A stretch of 64,000 nucleotides of DNA from an uncultured Planctomycetales bacterium (GTDB taxonomy: Bacteria; Omnitrophota; Gorgyraeia; Gygaellales; Profunditerraquicolaceae), in assembly GCA_964354795.1 (NCBI GenBank), contig CAYHBB010000040.1:76593-140592 (forward strand), read 5' to 3'. The notes below the pieces were generated by a model. That model worked only from the letters and a program-made list of their open reading frames with translations, ran no database searches and was not told where the DNA came from. Below, piece by piece: positions 27,001-39,000 of this stretch. Every line of letters starts with the position of its first letter. Within the stretch, counting starts at the first letter, position 1. The translations under genes were made by a program, and so were the position numbers.

Positions 27001-30000
27001 GCCCTTCCTTAATCCTCCGTTTGCGATATAGCTATTGACGGTCCTGCCGCCGGGAAAGATCACATTGACCAGCCCGCGCTCGGCCTGCACCCTGTTTATT
27101 TCGTTAGCGACAAGGCCCGCGGCAGTCCGGGCAAAATCACGCGAAGTCACGATATGGAAACCAAGATCCTTAAGTAGGCTAAGCGCCAACGGTAACTCAT
27201 TCTTACTGGCCGCAGTAAGCTCAAGAAGATAAGCAATGATCTGTTTTTTAAGCAGCGGGGATTCCTGGGCAAGACGCTTGATAATATCCTTCAGGACGAC
27301 AAAAAACGCCTCCTTATCGATCTGCCCCTGCTTCTTAGGCTTAAAAAGATCGTTCAAAACATTCCTGAATTGCTTCCATAAATCCGGTATCCTGCGGGGA
27401 TCTCTCAATGCCGCGAAAAGCACGGCTTCAAACATCCAGGCCGGCTCTGCTTCATCTGCCCCTAAGACGATCTTACCGTGTTCAGCCTTTACCAGGATGG
27501 AGATGAAGGCTTTGGCGCAGTCCGGAAGTTTTCCGGAATCTTTGATGACTTGATAAAAACGGTCAAAGCAAAATTTCTTATGCTTTACTATCAACTCGAC
27601 CATAGCCACAAGGCACGGTTCATACACGGTCCGGTCAGTCGAAGCAAAGATCTCCTCTAGTACCAGCTTTTTGGCGATGGCGCTGCGTAAGACAGACTGA
27701 CGGATTCCTTCACTTCCGATGCTAGGAGATATAATATTGCTGAGGATATCTGTTTTTAGGAGTAGCTTACGCTGCCTGACCAGGTGGCGCGTAAGGTTCA
27801 GCTTGTAATCACGGATGATACGATAGAAAAGATTATATATATTATCCGCCTCGTCTTCTTCCCCGTCTTCCACGCTATTTAATATATTTGTATTAGGGTC
27901 GAAATTCCGGTAAAAACGCAGTTCAGTGCCCAGATGTCCAACGAAAAGATAAACCAATAAAACCGAGACAGCTCCCAACGCCACGCGCTGCCAAGGCGCG
28001 CCCCCAAACAAGGCCAACATGAATACGGCCGTGATCAATCCGACCAAAACGCACTTGACGGTGATGATAGACGTCTCGGACCGCTTCTGAAGAAGGATGT
28101 CTCCATACTTGGCGACAGCAAAATTGAGAAGCGCAGAATCGTCATCAGGATCTTTCGCAACCTGATCTGCCAGCGCGATAAAATCATCATAGATTGCCCC
28201 ATCCTGACTTAACGCATGCCTCTTCAAATAAGCTTTAGCCCAGGCCTTTATTTCTTCCTGCTCGGAATCGCGTAACGCTTTCCAGGCCGAAACCTCTCTG
28301 CGGATAGCCGCCGCCTCTTCACTGATAGTGTGGTGTGCCTGTTCCTCATGGCACAGCAGCATATAAATAAGCATTGCGGGAACGGGGTGCTGGGGTGAGA
28401 ATAATTCTTCAGATAGGCTTACTGAACCATTCCTGCGCAGGGCTAACGCACCGCGGATCCTAGCCACATTTACCTTTGCGCCCTGCCGCCATAGCTCATG
28501 CACTTTAAATAAAAGCGCCTGATTATCACAGATCAAAGAGAGGAAATCCCTGATGTCTTCGCTATCGCCTTCGATCACAGGAACCGTATTCTTCAACCTT
28601 AAGAATGCAGCGGGAGAAAATAATTCAAGCTGTCGAGGAGCCTGCGGGGACGCAGGAATAAGCTGCCTTAAGGAGGCTTTGGTGGATTCGTAATATTCAG
28701 ATGGCGGCGCCCGGCCCCTGATCGACATCCATTGGATCAGGTCTTTTAGGATATTCCCTCTCTCATCAACCGGCCACACCGGAAGGTCTATCAGCCTCAT
28801 ATTGCTAAAATCGATCCTGGTAAAAAGCCTGTTCAGTCTTTTTTGCTGCTCTTTCTTAAAACAGTCTCCTCGTAATGCCCAAGCCAAAGGACCTTTGTTA
28901 GTCAAAAGATAATCTACCTGCGGACTGCCGTTTCTTAGAGCCGCTGCCTTAAGGTTATTTATCCATCTTTGCGTAGGCGCGATAAATCTCTCATGCGTCC
29001 TTGCCGCGTAATTCATAATATACCTTTCGACTTGATTGAGTCTACGCCGGGTCCTGAAAATCCTCATTTGAGTCCTATAATCATCGTCTTGCCCGTATCC
29101 GGCTACCAAGTTTGGATGGTTTTCTAAATATAGATAATGCTCCTTTATCCAATCCCTCATAGGAAGGCCGCAGATTGTATCATGCTCTAAATCGACTTCG
29201 ATATTATTCCTTCTTAGATCCTCGATACACCCGCAGAAAAGGCCTAAAGACAATACTGAAATAAAAGCTGAAGCCAAAGATAACCCTGAATGGCCTATGG
29301 CGACAGCGATAATCAAACTAAATCCAAAAAGAATAAGCGAAGTAAGAATGGGCGCGGCAGCGCGAAGAAATCTGTGCCTATAATGCAGCGAGGTATTACC
29401 GGAAGCAAACGAGGCTGCCTCAAGCTTTCTCAATAAAACTTCGGGTTTCAAATGCGTGCCATCGACCTTAAAGAGCCAAAAAAGCAGTATCTCCAGCTCT
29501 CTGTCAGCCAGGCCAGCTGCGCATATGACTCGCCGTAGCTCTCTCTTTAAATCTTCCGCAGACAAACCCCTTACCAGTATTTCTTTTTGCCTGAAGAGCT
29601 CTTTTCCCTGCAGGAATATCTTTCGTCTTCTCGCTAGCCCAGAATCTTTGCCTCCCAGGACGTCAAAAGTATCTATACCCAAGATCTGGGCAAGGACAGT
29701 GCCAAAACCAAACCAGTCTTTATGGACGCTGTTTTCGAGCCTGTCGCTCTTTGAGTGCGGGCCAAGATACGAAAAACCGGGAGTGAGTATTATTGATTTA
29801 TTTAGTACATTATCTTTCAATATGGCGCAGGAAAAGTCATATATGATCGGCCCATGGTGCGCAATAGCATCAGGATTTCTGGCTAAGGCAGCGGGTATCC
29901 AGATGTTCCTAGGGCCGAAATCTCGGTGAAGGATCCCCTGATCATGCACGTATTGCAGGCTCCTGGCAATCGAAAGCGCGAGGCGCTTTTTCTGGATTCC

Positions 30001-33000
30001 CGTCCAGTCCGAAAAATCGGCCTTCTCCATCGAAGACCCCTCGGGGAAAAGCTTCATGATCAAGACCGTGCGGTCTTCAGCGGGCAGCTCGGCAAATAAG
30101 TGCGGAAAATCGTTTCTTATCCCGAATCTATGCAGCCGGTAATAGATTTCTGCCTGCGGGGATTCCTGCGGTTCAAACGAAAACGCATGGGGGGAAGTCT
30201 TCGGCTTAGAAACCAGCACAGCGCATCTTTTAAGATGGATCCCAGCTTTCAGGTATTTAAAGACCGCGAACATCCCTCCGTCATCAATAAAGCTGAAGCG
30301 CGAGCCATCCACGTCATATTCATGGCCCTCTTTAGGATTCCTGATGCATAAAGCCTTATGCGCGATCCTCGCCATTTCTTCATCACTGAAGGCGCCTGAG
30401 GAGATCATACCCATCATAGATAAGCCAAATACCGCTATTATCCCGGAATTTACAACAATCTCCGACACTAATAAAGCGCTAGCAACCAAGCCAAGCCCAA
30501 TAAAAATAAACAACCCAGATATGATCAAGTCTACGCGAAGTAAAGATTTGCTCTTTATCGTTTCTTGAATAACCCTCCCTAACAACAATTCTGCGAACAG
30601 TTCGATATTGTCGCATTGCGGATTAAGCGTTCTCAGTATTGAAGATGCTTCCGATAACATGCGTCTTTTTAGCTTATCTTTATCATGCCTGAATTCAGCA
30701 TGGTTTGAGTAAAGGAAATATTTATACGCCAGGCTGCCTATTACATCTATCTCCTTATCCTTTAGTTCTCTGACTATTTTATCCAGGCGTTCATTTAAGG
30801 CCTTTTTATGCAGGTATTGACTGATCAGTATTACACAGATAAACGCAATTAAAATACCAGCGACAAAATAGACGCAAGGATGGATTACGGCAAACGGCAA
30901 AATTGTAAATCCCATTGCGCCGGGATTATTATCTGACTTATAAAACTTACGCTTAAGCAACCATACAATAGGTATCAGGGAAGCTAATATTACGGCGAGA
31001 TTTTCCCGGATCTTCTCCCAGATTATCTGAATGATATCCGGCACTCCGGGTTTGCCTTCCTCCTCTATATTTATCTTCCTATCTCTCTCGACGTTTTTCT
31101 GCGCATTTTCAATAAGATTTCGCGCTGCCTGAGGGCAGGCGACCTGTTCGATCAAGCTACCCCCAAGCGTTACGAAATTACTGCCTTTCGCAAAATAAAC
31201 ATTATTGGTGCTGGCTGCTGAGCACAAAACCGATGTGAATAGAATGATGAACGCCGCGAAAATACTGTTTACTGCGCGGCAGGAATCGTTATCCGGCCCG
31301 TTGGCCACCGCCGCTTCCTTTATAATCTTTATTCTCTCCACAAAAAGAGAAGGCGAAGAGTCAAAATGGACAAATACTTTTCTGATGGCAGGAAGATGTA
31401 AATCTTCGGTTAGTTCTAATGTTCCTGAACTAAATCTGACGGCGTTCACAAAAAGGCGCGCCTTGCAGGCAACAGTTCCTTCTCTGGCCATGATCCGTTC
31501 ATATTCCACTTCCTGACCTACGGAGAAATCCAGTATTTCAAGCTGCTTAGAGGCTTCGGTGAATTCCGGTTTTGTTTCAGTAAGCTTCTTAGCTTCCCTG
31601 TGCGTTTTCTTTATTACGGCTTCTTGGTATCCATGGTAGGAGACTGCCTCAAGCGCAGTGGCGAGGTTGCCGTTGAATTTCTCGGAGAAATCATCGGCAA
31701 ATTCTTTGGAAGAGAAATATATTTCGAGGGCACCTTTGTATCTACGCTCCCAGATGAATTTCTTAAGCGGCGGCGCGCGCGGGTTCTGACTGGTGAAATA
31801 GAAGAACTTGACCGGCGTGATGCATATGGCCGCAGAGAATCCGTTGAATTCAGGAAGCGAAGCGAACGCGCGTTTACGGATCAGGGCCTTACACCCCTTT
31901 ACTTCATCATCGCATAAATTCCCGAAAAATCCGTGCTTTTGACCATCGGACCGCCCTTCTTCCCGACTACTGCCGCAATTGCCATTTAAATCTGTGTTGA
32001 CGCGCGACTGCGCAGCTCCGATCTTCACATATGAGCCCTCGCCCCGGCTTACATAATCTACTATCTTAGTGAATATTTCCCTGGCGCTAAGACCCTGCGC
32101 CCGGCAGAGAGTGTTCGTAAAATCTCCGATAACGATCATTTTCTCCTTTGCCCGGGAAAGTGATACGTTTATCCGCTGCAAGCCGTCCATGGTCTCAAGA
32201 AAACCGATATTCTTAAGCTCCCCTTCGCTGCCATATTTACTACGCACCATAGAAACTATCACTACCTTGTTCTCCTGTCCCTGGATAGCATCGATAGTAT
32301 TGACCATAACGTGTATCTTGTGCACATCTTCTTCGCTGAATAGCCTGCGGCCCTGTAAAGAAAGATCGAATTTCACAAACTTAAGGAACGAATACAGACT
32401 CGAGGGATAGGGGTCCTTGATGAAATTTACGATAAAGCTGCGGCCGCGCGGATTAGACATGGCCTCTATATCAACCCTCAAGCTTTCCCTCAAAACACTT
32501 TTATCCTCATCCGTAAGATTAACTTTAGATTGGCCACTGGAACGTATTTTATCGATTACTGACTTTAAACGAAGAGCCAGGACTATCTCTTCATTTTGCG
32601 CAGCATAGGGTGAGATAATCGTGACGTCCTCGAAACCGTAGCGCCAGCTCTCATCCGACTTTACCTGATTTAAGATCAATTCCAACTCGCGCAAAACCGT
32701 GCTTACTTCGCGGATATTATAAGAGGAGAAGTTAAGCTGTGCCTCGCGGCCTGCGATATCAATGAGCTTAAGCGTATCTTCCTCAGCTATCTCCTTATCC
32801 TGCGCCTCATGGTCGCGCGCAAACAACTGGCCATCGTAAAAGATATTCACCAGCCCGGTGATCAACGGATGCGAACGTCTGTTCACTCTAAGCAGGTGGT
32901 GATCAAGGGAAATTCCGCGGTCACGCTGAAGTTCAAATGCGCGCTGGAAAAGAGAAATCTTGAAACTCCAGAGGTTGTCAGGCAAGAATATTTCTTCAAG

Positions 33001-36000
33001 CGGCGGCAGGCTGAATCGCTGCTCGAGGGTCTTACCTTCCTGGCGCATGATCGCCGCCTCTTCGTGCACCATCGCCTCCATATCCTGGCTGACTCCGAAA
33101 GCGGGAAGCTGCATGTGGTCTCCGACCAGGACGATCTTTTCTCCTGCCATCAACACAGGAACGATCGTTTCGGCGATAGTGGCGCGGCCGGCTTCTTCGA
33201 TGATCACGATATCAAACCTTCTGAAGAAACCGTTCTGGCGGATAAATTTGTCATTAAGGAACCCGTTATTCGTCCCAAGGATGACAAAACCGGATTTCTT
33301 CTTAGCATACCCCTGCTCAAACTCACGCAGGCACCTCTCGCGGTTCTTCCAGTTGGCTTTTATCTCATCGCTTATCTTCTCCTCCTGATTGCCGACGCGT
33401 ACAAAGGGTATTTGCGCCCTGCTCAGGCGCTCGCCGATATTGTTCACAGCAGCGTTAGACTGAGATACCACAAGCACCCGCTTTCCGTATTTAATATAAT
33501 ATCTTACAATGTCAGTTATGGTGGTAGTCTTGCCTGTACCGGGAGGGCCCTGAATAAGTGTGACAGAAGGCTCAAGACTTATGCCGGAAAGTACCGCGTT
33601 TCTCTGAGAGACATCGCTACGTATCAATTCGCTCACCGAGTCGATGTTTCTATCCCGGAAATCTCCCGGCTTATCCTTTTTCAACCCAAAGAGTATATCT
33701 AGGTAAGGATTAGCCGTGGTAGCCTTGCCGCGCGCAATTGACGACTGTAATTCTCCTATGACGCTGTCAAAATCTTCCTTCTGCCTTAAAAGAGAGGTGT
33801 CTTCGACTCTCTTGATGAAGCCTTTTGACCTGATGCAAATTAGGGCGCGCTCTTTCTGCTCGATGTTATCAAATTTAAAGACGATACTATTATCTTCCGC
33901 ATTTACTCCGACGACTTCAAAATAGTCATCGGTAACGGTCTCGCCTTCAAAATCAAGAAAGACAAAGCTGTCGCCTATGCGAGCCACATCTTTTGAGCGT
34001 ACGGTTATCCCTTCGAGAGCCGCAACCCGGTTATCGGTCTTCAGACGAAGCCCCCGCACAGTGAATGTATCTTCGAACTCTCCCTTAGGTAAGGCGCAGG
34101 AAGAATACAAATATTTGAAGGAGCCGTAAACATTTTTGATCCTGCGCTGCCTGTGTTCGACAGCAGTCAGGAGCGCTGAGATGATTCTATAATGGGGAAT
34201 AAGAAGTCTTAAGGTAATATTCCCGAGGGCAACGCTCTGCGCTTTCGCAAAATCTTCGTAGCCGGAATTTTTCTTTATCAATTCCGAAGCAAAGGTAAAA
34301 ACGGTCTCAAACTCGCCCTGTTTATTCATCCCCTCGAGGACTCCCAGGATCTCAGCGCACACCATCCTTACTTCTGGGCCGAGTGAAAAAGCGGCTAAAT
34401 ACATATCTTTAGTCCTGACAAAATCATTCTCTTGCAGAGTTTTGCGCGCCTCTTTCAAGATAGCTTCTCTTTTTTCAATAAGAGACCTGGCCTCTTCGAT
34501 TAGTTTTGCGGCCCGATGGTCATCAGGGCAAATCTTCAGGATTTTCTCGGCCGACTTCAGCGCTTCATCGGGATTACGGCCGCACAGGCTTTGCGCGCGC
34601 TCAAAAAGCTCAATCTTCTGAAGGAATCTGGTGATTGTCTGGTCTTTATCCGAACCTGTTGCAGGATTAAGCGCCTGTGCTAGCCTGCGCGCTTCGGCAA
34701 GATTACCAGCAGAATACTGTTCCTGCGCCTCTGACATCGTGTTCACTGTTAAGTAGAAAGCATGCGCGGCGGTATCCTGGGCGTTAAGGCCAAGAGCAGT
34801 ATTAAGCCAATTCAGCGCCCGCTGATAGTCAAAAGTACTGTATGCCTGACGTGCTTCTACCATGAGGCTAAGTATCCTCTCTGAGCGTTCGATAAACCAG
34901 ACACATTCGCCTCTCTTCAGCGCCAGCTCTCCTTCTATGCCCAGATACGCCTTCGCATCAGAGATCACTTGCGGATAAGAGCCCGTCTGAAAAAGCTGTT
35001 CCAAACGTAAGAGCACGATATCCGCGTCTTGCGCGGCAAGGTTATTGATTTCCGTTTTAAAGCCCGCGAAGGAGCGGCGGATAGCCTTATTGCTTATCCT
35101 TTCAGCGTCTATCTCGCTTACAAAACGATAAAGTCCATTCGAGTAAAAATATCCCAATAGGTGCAATACCTCTTCTAGTCTCATACCGTTGGAATCTTTC
35201 CCCTCAAGCAGGCAAGGCAAGGCAGCGCACAGATAATCGACAAATGGTTTACTACGATTCATCACAAGAAACAAGATAATCAGCTTCTTTTCTTCCTGAG
35301 CAATAGAAACCTCGCAAAGCATGGGAAGCAGTGATTGGGTAATCCTTTCTTTGGCGGACTCAGGAAGAAAGATAAAAACCCTGGAAAAAGCGAAGAGCAA
35401 TGTGTCGACTACCTGGGGATCGGGATCAAGGCGCAAAAACATAAGCATTTCTCGCCTGATGGAGTCTTCCTGGCCGCTGCGAGCCAGGGCATAAAAACGG
35501 CAAACGCTTAAAGCGCAATAGAGCGGGAAATAACTCACAGGCAGCTTAGTAATATCGGCAACTCTTTCTTTGAGGCTCATAAAATCATCTTTGAATATAT
35601 CGTCAAACGCCGCAATCAAGGCCTTCCCGATATCGGGTAAATTTTGCTGCTTGGCGAATGCCTTACGGATACTTTCTGCCATGGAAGCGGCCTTTTCGGT
35701 TCCGAAATCATCTCCGGCATCCTCAAGCGACTTTGCGGTAAAAGCCATGAGGATTGCATGCAGGATAACAGCCTCAAACATAGCGGATTGCTGCGATATC
35801 ATTGATGCCATGAGGTCCGAAATATTCACCAGCACCTTAAGGTTATTGCCGGATAACTTATAAAACATTGCCAGCGACTCCCAGTCGTTTATCCGCACAG
35901 GTTCCTTCTCCTGCTTTTTATTATTTACAAAGGCTTCTCGGGACTGAACGAGCTTATACAGCTGGCTTTTGAAATTGATCATCCGGTTTGCGTTTGCGCT

Positions 36001-39000
36001 AAACTCATCAGCAATAAAATCAGCTTTTGCGCTGGCCAGATCTTCGCCGACCAGTTTGAATATCTGGGGATCCAGGCTGTTTCCTGCCTGCAGGCATTCA
36101 TATTCTTTCAGGAATCCTTGGGCCTTGCTAAAGGCGTGATTTTGATATGCGTCTTTAAATGCCATCGCAAGCGCAAAGACATACTCCGGTGTCCGTTGAT
36201 GATAGCGGTAACTGCGGAAGAGCGCGATAACTTTTTCTATGCATTCAAAATCGCGCTTCTGCTCTATTAGAGCGGCGGGGATAGTCATCCTTTGATCAGA
36301 AATACTTATTAGTCCTTCAAGGCCGATAAGTACGAGCCTTCTTACTGATTCAACATACAGACAGGGACCTGCGAAAGCAATAATGCCCTCAAAGACGCTT
36401 TGCATATGCGGCCGGTCATTCTTGCAGGAATCAATAATGTTATGCCACCACCTGCAGATAACACCCATAAAGCTTGAGGCATAAGAATCCTCTTCCTGCG
36501 GCCTGCGCTGTTCGTTGAGATCGCCAAAATTATCATTCATCCAGGCAAGCACATGCCGGATGAGGCCTATGGCGCTATCAACCTGTTTCTTTTGGGTAAG
36601 TTTCCCTAGATGGATATCGGTCCGCGCCAGCGCAGCCTGCATATCTTCTGCCAACTGCTTGCCTTTGGAATGAGAAAAAGCACCGTAACTCTCGTGGGCT
36701 TTCTTTATTGCTGTAAGGCGGTCGAATAGGCCCTGAATATCCTTGGTCTCAATATTAAGCGCTACGACCTCTTCGGCTGTCGGGGGTTGATCGTTATTCT
36801 CTTCGCAGTTTAAGGCGCTGTTTAAAAGCCCCTGAAGCGCGGATTTATAGGTATCCTCAAAGCGTATTTCAAATAATTCTTCGGCTTGCAACAAGAGTTC
36901 AAGCTCTTTCTTACGAGTTTTAAAATATTCGAAGCTCGCGCGGCAGGCTTCTCCGTGATTTCCATATAAGAATTTCGCTGTCTCATGGCGCAATATATCG
37001 CTGAAAAATACCTCGAAAATAACGCAGCGGGGATCGTATCGATCATACGGCGGAGCGCGCGCGGCGATCTCATCAAGTACGGTTATTTTAGCTGAGCCGC
37101 CTTCCACTTCAGCAATATTTCCGGAAGCGGTACTATCGCTGAATCCGACTTCAAATTCCCGGTCAGGCCTGAAACGCGTAAAATATTTCTTAATATATTT
37201 ATAAATTTCCTTTAAATTGGCCTTGCCGTTGCCCTTGATCTGGCCGCAGAGGGTCGCCGGATAGGCATGCGAGCCAAGGCGTCCTGCCATCTTCTTATTC
37301 TGTTTTGCCCTTTCGCTCAGGGCCCTTTTAATAAGCAGATGAGCAAGGTTCTCTACCTTTTTACGGCCTTCACCGACCCTACTAAGTATAGAAATTGCTT
37401 CATGCAATAACGCATCCCGAAATTTTTCTTTATTATCCTGATATTCCTTCTTTTGCAAAAGAAAATCATATTTAATCACGAGCTCGCGCACCCCATCTTT
37501 TCCCTGCTTCTTAAGCTTATTCAGCATATCATCCAGGTAAATATTCAATATTTCCTCTGTATTGTCTTTTGAGCCTGACTTTACAGATAAGAATATTATT
37601 ACTCCCAATATTATGATACCGACAATACCAATGGCCACATAAGCCGATACCGGAATAACAGCCAGCGGCAAGGCCGCGATCCCCATCATTGCGGAATTAT
37701 TCCTCTTTTCTTCATCCGCCTTGCGCTTAATCCACGGCATCAATGAAGCTATAGCAGCCAAGATTGCAAGAGACACAACAGCTATCTTGCCGCACTTCTT
37801 TGACTCCTGTTCAAGCTGTTCTTCAATTTTACGCGTCTCTTCATTATTCTTAGCGATTATCACCTGCCCTTGCGCTATTTCCCTGCGGTAATCCTGGTTA
37901 AGCAACGTATCCTCATCCAGCGCTTTTTCGTCTAATCCAGAGAATCGCGCTTTCGGGTTATTTGTGAACTCGCTAGCCGTAAGATCGACCAAAACCCCAT
38001 CCTGCATTACCGTGAAACTCCCGAATAGTTTCGCAATAAAGCTATCAAATTTTTCTTCAGATGAGCCGAAACAGAAACAAAAATCTTTCGTGGAATTAGT
38101 CACATCCACTAAGGCAAAGGTGCCATCGCTTAATCTTACAATATTCGCCACATGGTGGTATTCTTGGCCAGACTCATTCTTTGCTGTGCAGGGAACCGTC
38201 CCGGCGTCTAGGCCGCAAACCCTGGCCATCACCTCAAAAAGGCGCGCATATGTCGCGCAGATCGCCTTCTTTTGCTCGAGCGCTTCCCCGATAAGCAGGC
38301 TCTCATCTGTATAGGAAAGATTTGACCTGATGACATGAATAAGCCATTTTGCCGTCTGCATCTCTATGTTCACCCAATCTTTAGCGTAGTCTTTACGTAC
38401 CTGCTCGTTCTTAAGCAGCTGCCCGATCTGTGACAGAGTTACTGCAGTGAAATTTGTTTTATATGCCTGATTATATAAAATGACAAATTGCTCATAAGCT
38501 TCCCGCGCGAACTTAGATTCCTGGTTAGCTTTATCGATCCATCCGCTAAACACTGCTTCTAATTTATCGTCGTTATAACCGGCTTTCTGCAAAGAAACCC
38601 TATCCGAATCAATAAAAGCATATTTGCTGACTGTATTGGTGTCTGGGCCCTGGGCAAAAACACCGCTAGCACATATTCCAGACAAAAGGAGCATGCAAAT
38701 GGTTTTGCCGAATAAATACTCGACCAAACCGTTGCCTTTACGTAAATGCAGCGCCCGAAGAAAGCTGGAAGGATCTTCTTCTTCCGCCTGATAAGCCTGA
38801 AGCATCCTTAACTCCGGATCAGCCTTCATTAAAGGCATGATTATATCCAGGATCTTTCCCGCCCTTATAGGATGGCTTAATTTTCTAATCGCCTTGGCTT
38901 TCAACTGCTTTATCCTTCCTTCACTTACACATAATTCATCTGCCAGCTCCTTGTCAGATAGTCTTGCGCTCATGCCAAGATAATTACGCATTACGATCTC

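Noticed and set aside
32809-33702. 297-aa + strand ORF (also 48803..49735, 41498..42121 and the other + strand ORFs of the track)
   Set aside because: They are antisense shadows of the giant minus-strand frame (this one lies opposite the helicase), with atypical composition and no motifs I recognise.
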